64,000 bases of DNA from Pedosphaera parvula Ellin514 (GCA_943332515.1 CALQPR010000001.1:43598-107597), one strand, 5' to 3'. Counted from the first letter of the stretch, positions 1 to 9,524 are shown. Numbers and translations: made by a program. Notes: generated from the letters alone by a model not told the origin.

Positions 1-1
1 T

Positions 2-1072
2 CAGGCGCGCGTCGCGCTCGGTGGACCGGATCGGCTTGTGAAGATCTTTTCCACGAGGACGGGCGAAGTGGAGCACAAGATCAAGAAGCACACGGACTGG
101 GTGACGGCGCTCGCCTTCAGCCCGAATGGCGAGATGCTGGCTAGCGGCGACCGCAACGGTGGGCTCACGGTGTGGGACGCGGACAGCGGGCAGGAGTTGT
201 TCACGACGGCTGGTCACAAGAGCGCGGTGACGTCCGTGAGCTGGCGGACGGACTCGAAGCTGGTCGCGTCGTCGAGCGAGGATGGCACGGTGAAGCTGTG
301 GGAATCGAGCGAGGGCAAGCAGTCGAAGACGTGGAACGCGCACGGCAGCGGCGTGCTGTGCGTCGCGTATTCGCGGGACGGGAGGTTCGTCACCTGTGGT
401 CGCGATGGCACGGTGGGGACGTGGAGCGCAGACGGGACGAAGCTGAAGTCGCTGGACTTCGCCGGCGAGGTGGCGCTGCGCTGCGCGTGGTCGGACGATC
501 AGGCACGGGTGATGGCGGGTGATTACGCGGGGAATGTTTTTGTGTGGGATGCGAAGTCGGGGAAGAAGCTCGGTTCGTTGGACGCGAATCCGAAGCTGCT
601 GTCCGAGCGAGTCGCCGACGTGCTGTCGCGCATCGCCGAGATTCAAGCGCGTGGCGACAAGCCTTCGCCATTGCTATCGGATGCTTCGCGGCAACTGGCC
701 GGAGCGGAGTCGGCGGTGGGCAAAGCACGGGCGGACGCGGACAAGGCGCAGATTGAGTTTAACCGGGGCGCAGCAGAGGTGGTGCGGTTGAAGGAGCTCG
801 CTGCGAAGCCGGGTCCGCCAGCGGACGTTGAGGCGCAATTGGCCGCCGCTCGTGTGGCGCGAGAGAAAGCCCGCACGTGGCGAGTAGAGGCAACGAACTC
901 CGTCGAGACATTGGTGCTGAAGCTGTCGGGGACCAAGACGAAGTTTGAGGAGTTGAAGAAGGCGCAGGATTCGGCGGCGGAGCTTGCGTTGGCGCAGGCC
1001 GAGTTGGAGAAGCTGAAGCGCGCGCAGGCGATGGCGCAGAAATTGGCTCCGCGACAGCAAACGAAGCGGTAA
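2..1072 (+). CDS. WD40-repeat protein with C-terminal coiled-coil; 5' end lies outside the window
   Basis: The reading frame is open from nt 2 (QARVALGGPDRLVKIFS...). Repeated WD40 signatures are present (HTDWVTALAFSPNG, GDRNGGLTVWD, SEDGTVKLWE, GRDGTVGTWS). The last ~130 aa are Ala/Glu/Lys-rich and heptad-like. Confidence 0.8.
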   Translation, partial: QARVALGGPDRLVKIFSTRTGEVEHKIKKHTDWVTALAFSPNGEMLASGDRNGGLTVWDADSGQELFTTAGHKSAVTSVSWRTDSKLVASSSEDGTVKLWESSEGKQSKTWNAHGSGVLCVAYSRDGRFVTCGRDGTVGTWSADGTKLKSLDFAGEVALRCAWSDDQARVMAGDYAGNVFVWDAKSGKKLGSLDANPKLLSERVADVLSRIAEIQARGDKPSPLLSDASRQLAGAESAVGKARADADKAQIEFNRGAAEVVRLKELAAKPGPPADVEAQLAAARVAREKARTWRVEATNSVETLVLKLSGTKTKFEELKKAQDSAAELALAQAELEKLKRAQAMAQKLAPRQQTKR

Positions 1073-1108
1073 GCCGGAGGTTGTTCCAGCGTTCAGGGGA
1101 ATTGCAAA

Positions 1109-3451
1109 GTGGAACCGCGCTCCTATGCTGAGGGCGTAATGAAGAAAGCGCCAGCCACTCGACCTGCCAGCTCACCAGCGCCCCATTGTCTGGTGCAGAC
1201 GGTGGCGGAGGCGTTCACGGAAGAGCCGGCGTTGGAGGCGGTGAAGTTCAATCGCGCTCAACATTCCATCTCGGTGGCCACGCTCGGCAGGACGGACAGC
1301 GCCGAGATTGAGAAGGCCATCACGGAACGCATCGGGCAGATCGAGCAGGATGAAACCGGCGCTCGTTGCAAGCTGCTTGATGGCGCGCCGGATTGCTCCA
1401 CCTGTTCCATCGCCACGCCGGCGGATGTGGGTCGTAGCCTGACCGTTCAGCACGACGCCGACGCCACGACCATCGCCCGGGTGACGTGTCCGACCGCGCC
1501 GAAGTTCTGGCGCTGGCGGGATTTGCCTTGGCCGAAGATCGTGCCGCGCGCGGTCACGCTGCCGGATGAAGATGACGAACATGAGCACGAGTGGAAGCTG
1601 CAGTTGGTGGCGGCGATTCTGTGCGGCGCATTCGGGTTGTTAGCGTGGCTGTCGGGCGAGGCGAAGTTTGCGCTGCCGCTCTACATCCTCGCCTATGTCT
1701 CGGGTGCGTGGTTCACCGTGCATGAGATTTGGGAGCTGCTCCAGAAGCGCTCGCTGGACGTTCATTTCCTGATGCTCGCCGTCGCGGTGGGCAGCGCGAG
1801 CATCGGCGCGTGGGGCGAGGGTTCGATGCTGCTCTTCCTCTTCTCGATCTCCGGCGCGCTGGAGCATTACGCGATGGGCCGGACGAGCCGGGAGATTCGT
1901 TCGCTGTTCAAGAACGCGCCAAAGGAGGCGATCGTGCTGGATGCCCAGGGGCACGAGCATCGCGAACCAATCGACAACCTGGAGCCCGGAATGAGATTGC
2001 TCATCAAACCCGGTGAACAATTTCCCGTCGATGCCGAGGTCGTGAAAGGCGCGACGGCGAGTGATGAATCGAACCTCACTGGGGAAGCGACGCCCGTCGA
2101 AAAGAAAATCGGCGACACGGTGCTGGCGGGTACGATGAACCTGTGGGGCGCGGTCGAGACGACGGTGTTGCGCAAGGCGAGCCAGAGCGCGTTGCAGAAG
2201 ATCATTCATCTGATTCGCGAGGCGCAGCATTTGAAAGCGCCGTCGCAGCGGTTCACGGACAAGTTCGGCACGACTTACACCTACGGCATCCTCGCGTTGA
2301 CCACGCTGATGTTTTTCGTGTGGTGGCTCGGATTTGGCGGCGAGCCGTTCAAGTCCACCGCGACGACGAAGAGCGCCTTCTACAAGGCGATGACGCTGCT
2401 GGTCGTGGCGTCGCCGTGCGCGTTGGTGCTGTCGATTCCGTCCGCCGTTCTCGCCGCGATCGCGTGGGGTGCGAAGCGCGGTATTCTTTTTCGTGGCGGT
2501 GCGGCCGTGGAGAATCTGGCGAAGGTCACGGTGGTGGCGATGGACAAGACGGGCACGCTCACGACGGGCGAACTGCGCGTGGAGCAGATCGAGAGCTTCC
2601 CTGCTGGACGCGAGAGTGACGTCGCTCGGCTGGCGTATTCGCTGGAGCGGCTTTCCACGCATCCGCTGGCGCGGGCCATTGCGCGTTACGGCAAGCAGCA
2701 GCAGTTGGCGGTCATGGACATTGGCCATGTCGAATCGATCACGGGTGCCGGACTACAGGCGCCGTTTGGGAATCAGACGGTTCGCCTCGGCAAACGCTCT
2801 TGGCTTTCGGACGGAGCCCGTGCCGCAGTGGTGAACGCTGTGCCACAGACCGAAGCCGGTTTCTCCGAAGCCTGGCTCGCGACAGACGGATTGGTCGGCC
2901 GGATTCTTCTGCGCGACGACATCCGCCCACAAGCGCGTGGTGTGGTGGAGAAGTTGCGCGAGCTTGGATTGCGGAGCGTGGTGCTGACGGGGGATCGCAA
3001 GGCGACGGGTGACAATCTGAAGAGTCAGTTGGATGTCGATGAAGTGCGTTCTGAATTGAAGCCGGAGCAGAAGGTGGAGGCGATCCGGTCCTTCACCAGC
3101 GCGGGTCAGCGGGTTGCGATGATCGGTGACGGCGTGAACGACGCGCCCAGCCTGGCGGTCGCGGACGTGGGCGTGGCGATGGGTGCGCGCGGCTCCGACG
3201 CTGCGCTGGAACAGGCTGAGGTGGTCCTGATGCACGATCGGCTGGAGAATTTCCTGACGGCGTTCCAATTGAGCCAGCGCGCACGACGAGTCATCCGGCA
3301 GAACTTGTTCATCTCGCTGGGAACGGTGGCGGTGCTGGTGGTCTGCGCTTTGTTCGGCACGATTCCCCTCACGCTCGGCGTGGTCGGCCACGAAGGCAGC
3401 ACCGTGATCGTGGTGATGAACAGCCTGCGGCTTCTCCTCTCCCGCTCATAA
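1109..3451 (+). CDS. Heavy-metal translocating P1B-type ATPase, P1B-4-like signature
   Basis: DKTGTLT phosphorylation motif, GDGVNDAP hinge, SPC in the membrane helix (VVASPCALVLS) and HEGSTVIVVMN near the C-terminus. The start may be ATG 1139 (MKKAPATRP) rather than GTG 1109. Confidence 0.9.
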   Translation: MEPRSYAEGVMKKAPATRPASSPAPHCLVQTVAEAFTEEPALEAVKFNRAQHSISVATLGRTDSAEIEKAITERIGQIEQDETGARCKLLDGAPDCSTCSIATPADVGRSLTVQHDADATTIARVTCPTAPKFWRWRDLPWPKIVPRAVTLPDEDDEHEHEWKLQLVAAILCGAFGLLAWLSGEAKFALPLYILAYVSGAWFTVHEIWELLQKRSLDVHFLMLAVAVGSASIGAWGEGSMLLFLFSISGALEHYAMGRTSREIRSLFKNAPKEAIVLDAQGHEHREPIDNLEPGMRLLIKPGEQFPVDAEVVKGATASDESNLTGEATPVEKKIGDTVLAGTMNLWGAVETTVLRKASQSALQKIIHLIREAQHLKAPSQRFTDKFGTTYTYGILALTTLMFFVWWLGFGGEPFKSTATTKSAFYKAMTLLVVASPCALVLSIPSAVLAAIAWGAKRGILFRGGAAVENLAKVTVVAMDKTGTLTTGELRVEQIESFPAGRESDVARLAYSLERLSTHPLARAIARYGKQQQLAVMDIGHVESITGAGLQAPFGNQTVRLGKRSWLSDGARAAVVNAVPQTEAGFSEAWLATDGLVGRILLRDDIRPQARGVVEKLRELGLRSVVLTGDRKATGDNLKSQLDVDEVRSELKPEQKVEAIRSFTSAGQRVAMIGDGVNDAPSLAVADVGVAMGARGSDAALEQAEVVLMHDRLENFLTAFQLSQRARRVIRQNLFISLGTVAVLVVCALFGTIPLTLGVVGHEGSTVIVVMNSLRLLLSRS

Positions 3452-3544
3452 GCCCGCCGCGCTTTCGGAAAAGCAGCTGCGTTTTAACATGCCAGAATCG
3501 AGCACAAGCTTGACTTGCAGCGGCAAACTTTGAACATCGCGCCG

Positions 3545-4564
3545 ATGGCCTCACTCTTCACCATTCACAGCGAAATCCGCTACGAGATTGTTCGGAAAAT
3601 CTACGAGGGCGGAATGGGAATCATTTACGAAGCCGAGCAGCATGGCGCGCGGAACTTCGTGAAGCGACTTGCCATCAAAGTCATTCGCCAGAGCTACGCG
3701 AGCCAGAAGCAGTTCATCGAGAATTTCATCGGCGAGGCAAAACTGGTCGCGGATCTCATCCACACGAACATCGTCCAGACGTATCATCTCGGGGAATCTA
3801 AGGGGATTTACTACATCGCGATGGAGCTGATTCGCGGCGTGAACCTGGAGCAGTTCGCGGATCAGATGCGCGACAAGAACCGGATTCTCCCGGTGGACGT
3901 CGCGGTGTTCATCACGAGCCGTGTCTGTCGCGGGCTGGCCTATGCGCATGCGAAGTGTGACAAGGATGGAAACCTGCTTGGCCTGGTGCATCGCGACGTG
4001 AGCTTCAAGAATATCATGGTCGCCTTTGAAGGAGACGTGAAGCTGACGGACTTCGGCATCGCGAAGGCGCGGGGCTTCCTGATCGACAACGAAGGCGAAG
4101 TGGTCGCGGGCAAGGCGGATTACATGAGCCCGGAGCAGGCGAACTTTCAAATCACCGACAAGCGCTCGGATTTGTTTTCCGTGGGTGTGGTGCTCGAGCA
4201 TCTGTTGCTCGGTCATAATGTTTTCAAGGGGCCGTCCCCTGAGGAGTCGCGCAAGCTGGTGATGAACATGCCGATTCCGGATTTTCGCACGCTCGATGGG
4301 CGTATCGATGACCGGCTCAACGAGATTCTGCACAAGGCGCTCTCGCGGGACTTGAACAAGCGCTACGCGAGCGCGGACGACATGCTGTTCGATCTCGAGC
4401 ATTACATTTATCACTCTGGCTACGGACCGACGAACGAGACCTTGGGCAAGATGATCCGCGAGCTGTTCGGCCACAATACGAAGCTGGCGGGTCAGGATGG
4501 CAGGGGCAGCACGGAGTTGCTCGATAAGACCGCTCGCGCCACTTCCACCATCAAGCGCAAATGA
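3545..4564 (+). CDS. Ser/Thr protein kinase (Hanks type), kinase domain only
   Basis: Gly-loop EGGMGIIYEA, AIKVI lysine, HRDVSFKN catalytic loop, DFGIAKA, SPE. The ORF opens at TTG 3515; ATG 3545 is preferred. The stop overlaps the next gene's start (ATGA at 4561-4564). Confidence 0.85.
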   Translation: MASLFTIHSEIRYEIVRKIYEGGMGIIYEAEQHGARNFVKRLAIKVIRQSYASQKQFIENFIGEAKLVADLIHTNIVQTYHLGESKGIYYIAMELIRGVNLEQFADQMRDKNRILPVDVAVFITSRVCRGLAYAHAKCDKDGNLLGLVHRDVSFKNIMVAFEGDVKLTDFGIAKARGFLIDNEGEVVAGKADYMSPEQANFQITDKRSDLFSVGVVLEHLLLGHNVFKGPSPEESRKLVMNMPIPDFRTLDGRIDDRLNEILHKALSRDLNKRYASADDMLFDLEHYIYHSGYGPTNETLGKMIRELFGHNTKLAGQDGRGSTELLDKTARATSTIKRK

Positions 4565-5451
4565 AGGCGAAATCCTCGGTCGTAAAACTGGGCCTGCTCC
4601 AGACGTCCTGTTCCGCAGATCCCAAGGCGAACCTCGCGAAGACGCTGGCCTTCGCCGAGCGTGCGGCGAAACAAGGTGCGCAAATCATCTGCACCCAGGA
4701 GCTGTTTCGCTCGCAGTATTTTTGTCAGGACGAAGACCACGACAACTTCAAGCTGGCGGAGCCCATTCCAGGGCCGAGCACGGCGGCGTTTCAGAAGCTC
4801 GCGAAGAAACATTCCGTTGTCATCATCGCCTCGCTGTTCGAGAAGCGCGCGTCCGGCGTCTATCACAATACGGCGGCGATCATTGATGCGGACGGCTCGT
4901 TGCTGGGGATGTACCGGAAGATGCACATCCCGGACGACCCGCTGTTCTACGAGAAGTTCTATTTCACTCCGGGCGATCTGGGATTCCGTTCGTGGCGGAC
5001 GCGCTATGGAAAGATCGGCGTGCTGATTTGCTGGGACCAATGGTATCCGGAAGGCGCGCGTCTCACCGCGATGCAGGGCGCGGAGATTCTCTTTTACCCG
5101 ACGGCCATTGGCTGGCATCCGAAGGAAAAGGCCGAGTACGGCACGAATCAACATGGGGCTTGGGAGCTCATCCAGCGCAGCCACGCGGTTGCGAATGGTT
5201 GTTACGTCGCGGCGATCAATCGCATCGGGCTGGAGCAGCCGATTGGTGGCGATGGATTGGAGTTCTGGGGACAGAGCTTTGTGGCCGGCACCTCGGGGCA
5301 GATCCTTTCCAAAGCCAGCGTGAACAAGGAAGAAATTTTGCTGGTGCCCGTTGACCTGAGCAAGGTGGACGTGACGCGCACGCACTGGCCTTTCCTGCGC
5401 GACCGGCGCATCGATGCGTACGGTGGGCTGACGCAGCGATTGATCGACTAA
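4561..5451 (+). CDS. aguB: N-carbamoylputrescine amidase (carbon-nitrogen hydrolase family)
   Basis: Nitrilase-superfamily pattern over the full length: ICTQELF, HNTAAIIDADGSLLGMYRKMHIPDDP, GVLICWDQWYPE, ILFYPTAIGW. Confidence 0.85.
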   Translation: MKAKSSVVKLGLLQTSCSADPKANLAKTLAFAERAAKQGAQIICTQELFRSQYFCQDEDHDNFKLAEPIPGPSTAAFQKLAKKHSVVIIASLFEKRASGVYHNTAAIIDADGSLLGMYRKMHIPDDPLFYEKFYFTPGDLGFRSWRTRYGKIGVLICWDQWYPEGARLTAMQGAEILFYPTAIGWHPKEKAEYGTNQHGAWELIQRSHAVANGCYVAAINRIGLEQPIGGDGLEFWGQSFVAGTSGQILSKASVNKEEILLVPVDLSKVDVTRTHWPFLRDRRIDAYGGLTQRLID

Positions 5452-5473
5452 CCCCAATCGTTTTCCTGCCGCC

Positions 5474-6328
5474 ATGAGCAAATCGACTGCCTGGATCACC
5501 GGTGCGGGAGGTTTGATTGGCAGTCATCTGGTGCGGGCGGCGGCACAGCATGCGCCGGAGTGGAGCGTGGTTTCCGTCACACGGGAGAAGGTCGATCTCT
5601 GCGATGACGCGGCCGTCGCCCGATTGTTTGCAAGTGAGCGTCCGCAACTGATCCTTCACTGCGCGGCCATCAGCAGGGTGGGCGATTGCCAGGCGAATCC
5701 TGAGCTCGCTGAGGCGGTGAACGTCCACGCGACGCGCCATCTTTGCGAGCTGGGAGCGGAGATTCCGCTCGTGTTCTTCTCGACGGATCTCGTCTTCGAT
5801 GGCTTGAAGGGTGGCTACGTGGAGGCGGACCCGGTGAATCCCATCAATGTTTACGCGGAGAGCAAAGTCCGCGCGGAGGAGTCGGTTCTGAAGAACCCAC
5901 GGCACGTCGTCGTCCGCACTTCTTTGAACGCCGGTGTCTCGCCCACTGGAAACCGGAGCTTCACCGAGGACATGCTTCGCGCGTGGGAACGTGGTCAAAC
6001 CCTCAGCTTGTTCAAAGACGAGTTCCGAAATCCAATCCATGCGAGTGTCACTGCCCGCGTGGTTTGGGAGCTGGTGAGATTGAATCAGCCGGGGCTTTAC
6101 CATCTCGCTGGCGCAGAGCGGCTGTCGCGATGGGAGGTCGGCCAGCTCGTCGCCACGCGCTGGCCTCATGCCCAGGCGCGAATGAATCCGGGTTCGCTTC
6201 GTGATTATCAGGGGCCGAGACGTTCTCCAGACACCTCGCTCAATTGCGCGAAGCTTCAGTCGGTGCTCTCGTTTCCGCTTCCCGGCCTGCGCGACTGGCT
6301 GGAGCAAAACCCTCAAGAGCCTGTTTGA
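5474..6328 (+). CDS. RmlD-type NAD(P)-dependent sugar reductase (dTDP-4-dehydrorhamnose reductase-like SDR)
   Basis: N-terminal TGAGGLIGSHL Rossmann motif; STDLVFDG ... NVYAESKVRAE (YxxxK) is typical of the RmlD substrate-binding domain. Confidence 0.75.
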   Translation: MSKSTAWITGAGGLIGSHLVRAAAQHAPEWSVVSVTREKVDLCDDAAVARLFASERPQLILHCAAISRVGDCQANPELAEAVNVHATRHLCELGAEIPLVFFSTDLVFDGLKGGYVEADPVNPINVYAESKVRAEESVLKNPRHVVVRTSLNAGVSPTGNRSFTEDMLRAWERGQTLSLFKDEFRNPIHASVTARVVWELVRLNQPGLYHLAGAERLSRWEVGQLVATRWPHAQARMNPGSLRDYQGPRRSPDTSLNCAKLQSVLSFPLPGLRDWLEQNPQEPV

Positions 6329-6347
6329 ACTCGCGCTGTCGCCTTCG

Positions 6348-7166
6348 TCAGGCGCCGAGGATTTGCTTAAGTCGTCCGAGGAACGCGAGTTCGTGCTGCT
6401 TCGGTTGCGCAGCATCGTGACGACGCTGGTCGCGTCCGCCTCCGTGGAGCTCTTCCACCCGTTCGTTGAAGAACAGCTTTGGATTCGAGGCCAGGCTGAT
6501 CTCGTGGCGGAGGACTTGTTCCCAATGTGGAATGCGCGCGATGAGATCGGCGGTGTCGGCGGGCTCGTAGGTTTCGACAAGCTTCAGGAGGCTGATTCCG
6601 TCTTCCAGCTTTTCCTGCGCAGCGCTGGTGGATGACTCGATGAAGCGGTGCAGAATCTTGCAGCGCGGCTCGCTCTCCCAAATCGTGCGGCGCGCGATTG
6701 CCTTGAACATCGGATGGTTGTCCGGCGGGATGCGGCTGGCGATGAGTTCGAGAAGGGCAGGAGAGATCGTCGCTCCCAGCCGGAGGCGGTTCACGAATCG
6801 TTCGATGGTGACGTCGCGCAACGGCACGGTGTGCGATTGCCCATCCTCGGTGATCAAGGAGGCGCGCGTCGGCCGGGTGGCGAGCGCCGCAATCAAGACA
6901 GGCCATTCGGTCGCCGGCACAGAGTCACCGCCGATCAGTTCCGCAAAGACCGTCTGGTCGCGCAGCACGGGAGTGAAGGCCGGCGAAAGGATGAGATCGA
7001 TTTCGTAATCTTCGAGCTTGGGCAGTTCTTCGACGAGGAACGCGCCAATGGCATCGCGCTCCGTGCCGTAGGTGCCGCTGATGTGTTTAGTGACTTGCGC
7101 GGGCAAGGGGCGGGCACGTTCCAGTTCGGCGGCGAGCGCGGTGATCAGTTGAGCGTGGTCCGTCAT
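6348..7166 (-). CDS. Hypothetical protein (272 aa), no motif recognised
   Basis: Long ORF with protein-like composition, convergent with the reductase gene and divergent from slyX. The antisense ORFs look like shadows. Confidence 0.6.
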   Translation of the reverse strand: MTDHAQLITALAAELERARPLPAQVTKHISGTYGTERDAIGAFLVEELPKLEDYEIDLILSPAFTPVLRDQTVFAELIGGDSVPATEWPVLIAALATRPTRASLITEDGQSHTVPLRDVTIERFVNRLRLGATISPALLELIASRIPPDNHPMFKAIARRTIWESEPRCKILHRFIESSTSAAQEKLEDGISLLKLVETYEPADTADLIARIPHWEQVLRHEISLASNPKLFFNERVEELHGGGRDQRRHDAAQPKQHELAFLGRLKQILGA

Positions 7167-7284
7167 GGCGTGGTCATGGAGCGTTTATCGTGAATTGAGA
7201 CCAGCCGCGCAAGGAGGGATTCTGGGATTGCTCGTAGGACTGGCAACGGCTCTCATCTTGGCGACCGCAGATTTTACCAAACTC

Positions 7285-7497
7285 ATGGATCACGAACTGT
7301 CAGAACGCCTGGAACGCCTCGAATCGCACATCGCTCACCTCGAGCGACAGTATGAGGAGTTGAACCAGGTGATCATCGATCAGGCGAAGGTGATTCGGAA
7401 ACTCCAAGCCCATCAGCAGCGTCTGGCGGAATCCATTGAGACCTCGGAGATGGAGCGCATCAAGGCAACGAACTCCAAGCCGCCGCATTACCAGTGA
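7285..7497 (+). CDS. slyX: SlyX family protein
   Basis: MDHELSERLERLESHIAHLERQYEELNQVI... coiled coil ending in PPHYQ, as in enterobacterial SlyX (ends PPPHY). The ORF opens at 7165, but that 40-aa extension is not SlyX-like. Confidence 0.7.
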   Translation: MDHELSERLERLESHIAHLERQYEELNQVIIDQAKVIRKLQAHQQRLAESIETSEMERIKATNSKPPHYQ

Positions 7498-7509
7498 ACG
7501 GCGACCGCC

Positions 7510-7959
7510 CTACTTGGTGCGGACCTGCTCCTCGTTCGCGCGCTGGCGCATCGGCATGATGGAGCATGCCTCCTTGCAGCCGAACACGCGGCTGAGCAGG
7601 TAACGGTTCCGGCTGATCCATTGGTAGAACTTTTCGGCGATCCAGATCACGCCGGGGAACCAGAGGATGAGCGCGAGCGGAATTGCCAGCGGCATGCGCA
7701 TCCCGATGAACCGGATGCAGCGCGCCCCACGGTGAATGCGTCCGTCTTTCGCCACACAATGAATCGCCTCCAGCAACGCCTCGCGCGTGATGGTGGGAGC
7801 GACCTCCGCCGCGCGCGGGTTCGAGATCGGCAGCAGGCTGACCGTGTTGAACCAGTCGAGCCACGAGACCACGCGCATCTGGAACGAGCACAGGGAGCAT
7901 TGGTCGTCGTAGAGAACGATGTTGGTGGCTTGGTTCTGGTTCATGTCGAGCTCGCTCAA
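7510..7959 (-). CDS. DCC-family thiol-disulfide oxidoreductase (DUF393)
   Basis: N-terminal VLYDDQCSLCSFQMRVV CxxC motif and the length expected for the DCC1-like family. Confidence 0.75.
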   Translation of the reverse strand: MSELDMNQNQATNIVLYDDQCSLCSFQMRVVSWLDWFNTVSLLPISNPRAAEVAPTITREALLEAIHCVAKDGRIHRGARCIRFIGMRMPLAIPLALILWFPGVIWIAEKFYQWISRNRYLLSRVFGCKEACSIMPMRQRANEEQVRTK

Positions 7960-8180
7960 TATGGAGGGCGTTCACACCAAAGGCAACAGTGGGCCATCCG
8001 CCAGGTGTGATCAAAAGTGGCGGGCAGGAGAGGAAAGGTGGGACTTGTCTCGCTGCGACGAGTAGCGCCGCGTCCAGTGGTGCTACGAACTTGACGCTGC
8101 CCGGCGCAATCCACCGCTTCACCACCCGCTGAACGCGGGTGGAATTGTCGCAGCGCGACAATTGCCACCTGCCCGCCCGC

Positions 8181-8218
8181 GAAAACAAAACGGCGCGACG
8201 AGCTGATCCCGTCGCGCC
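8181..8218 (-). terminator. Rho-independent terminator downstream of mdh
   Basis: On the minus strand: GGCGCGACG-ggatcagct-CGTCGCGCC (9-bp GC stem) followed by GTTTTGTTTTC. It starts 23 nt after the mdh stop. Confidence 0.7.
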
Positions 8219-8240
8219 GTGGAGATTCGAGGTTGAAGCC

Positions 8241-9236
8241 TTACTTCGGCAGCATGTCCGCCACGAGCGCTTTCTCTTCCTTCAGCTCGTTCTCGGTCGC
8301 GGTGATCTTCGCGCGGCTGAATTCATTCACCGGCAGCCCCTGCACGATTTCCCACTTCTTGCCGTCGGTGCGAATCGGGAAGCTGAACATCAGGCCCTTC
8401 TCGATGCCGTAGCTGCCGTCCGAGCAGACCGCCACGCTGAACCAGTCGCCCGCAGGCGTCGGCGTCGTGAGCCGGCGGACGGTGTCCACCACCGCGTTGG
8501 CCGCGCTGGCCGCCGAGCTCAGTCCGCGCGCCTCGATGATGGCCGCGCCGCGCTTCTGCACCGTGGAGATGAAATCCTTCTCCAGCCATTCGCGATGGCC
8601 GATGACATCTGTCGCGGGACGGTTCTGGATCTTCGTGTTGAAAAAGTCCGGATACATCGTCGAGCTGTGATTGCCCCAGATGCACAGGTTCGTGATCGAT
8701 TCGACCGGCGCTCCGGCCTTCTTGGCGAGCTGCGTGCGGGCGCGGTTCTCATCCAGCGCCGTCATCGCGAAGAACTGCTCGCGCGGCACACCGGCGGCGC
8801 TGTTCATGGCGATGAGCGAATTCGTGTTGCACGGATTGCCGACGACAAGCGTGCGGACATCCTTCGCGGCGTTGCGCGCGATCGCCGCGCCCTGGCCGGT
8901 GAAAATCTTGCCGTTGGCGGCGAGCAGATCCTTGCGCTCCATGCCCGGACCGCGAGGACGGGCACCGACGAGCAATGCCCAGTTCACGCCCTTGAAGCCC
9001 TCGTTCAAATCGCTCGTGGGCACACAGCCCTTGAGCAGCGGGAACGCGCAATCTTCCAGCTCCATGATCACGCCGCCGAGCGCCTTCAGGGCTTTCTCGT
9101 CGGGGATTTCGATGAGGTGCAGGATGACGGGCTGGTTCGGGCCGAACATGGCGCCGGACGCGATGCGGAAGAGCAGGGAGTAGCCAATCTGGCCGGCGGC
9201 GCCGGTCACGGCGACGCGAATGGGTGTTGTATTCAT
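8241..9236 (-). CDS. mdh: Malate dehydrogenase (LDH-like type 2 family)
   Basis: [28 protein letters not shown]..., [20 protein letters not shown]. Full-length match to the NAD-MDH pattern. Confidence 0.95.
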   Translation of the reverse strand: MNTTPIRVAVTGAAGQIGYSLLFRIASGAMFGPNQPVILHLIEIPDEKALKALGGVIMELEDCAFPLLKGCVPTSDLNEGFKGVNWALLVGARPRGPGMERKDLLAANGKIFTGQGAAIARNAAKDVRTLVVGNPCNTNSLIAMNSAAGVPREQFFAMTALDENRARTQLAKKAGAPVESITNLCIWGNHSSTMYPDFFNTKIQNRPATDVIGHREWLEKDFISTVQKRGAAIIEARGLSSAASAANAVVDTVRRLTTPTPAGDWFSVAVCSDGSYGIEKGLMFSFPIRTDGKKWEIVQGLPVNEFSRAKITATENELKEEKALVADMLPK

Positions 9237-9337
9237 AGTCGTTAAAAAGCGGGGCGACTATACGAGCGCGGTTTTGAGCGAGGCAATGCTGAAAGTTGGA
9301 AGCCGCGGGCTGCACGCCCGTCGTCTGTGGCTCGCGG

Positions 9338-9365
9338 TAAAACGTGAAGCGTAAAACGTAAGCGC
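9338..9365. repeat. Heptamer-periodic array (TAAAACG-like), copy i
   Basis: TAAAACG TGAAGCG TAAAACG TAAGCGC read head to tail on the + strand, about 100 nt upstream of the mdh start. Confidence 0.6.
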
Positions 9366-9524
9366 CGCACCGGCCTGTCGATGCGGTGTTTCCTTTTGAC
9401 GAACGTGCGGACCGATGTTTCCATCAGACCCGTGAACAGGAAGCAAAACCCGCTGAAACCCGCGCGTGGCCAAAGTCCAATCACGCCGCAATCCCGTGGC
9501 TCACTTGACTGCCAGGCGGTCAAG

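Noticed and set aside
7165-7284. 40-aa N-terminal extension of slyX from ATG 7165
   Set aside because: SlyX proteins are ~70 aa, and the family-like sequence begins at MDHELSERLERLE (7285). The extension also overlaps the divergent gene's start by 2 nt. It is hydrophobic, so a membrane-anchored variant cannot be fully excluded.
8139-9245. 368-aa plus-strand ORF opposite mdh. The same applies to other long antisense ORFs: 44194-45699, 49913-51193, 51967-53427, 60531-62234, 28521-29732, 3551-4474, 1640-2728 and 38349-39341.
   Set aside because: All lie antisense to genes with unambiguous family signatures and have Arg/Gly/Asp/His-biased, motif-free translations.
9338-9365. CRISPR-like or tandem-repeat locus interpretation of the heptamer arrays
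   Set aside because: The units are 7 nt with no spacers and total 28-63 nt. There are no cas genes in the window. This is not a CRISPR array.
9395-9440. Weak hairpin plus T-tract (CACCG-gcctgtcgatg-CGGTG-tttcctttt) on the plus strand upstream of mdh, as a possible sRNA terminator
   Set aside because: The stem is only 5-6 bp and there is no identifiable upstream promoter or gene on that strand. This is too weak to call.
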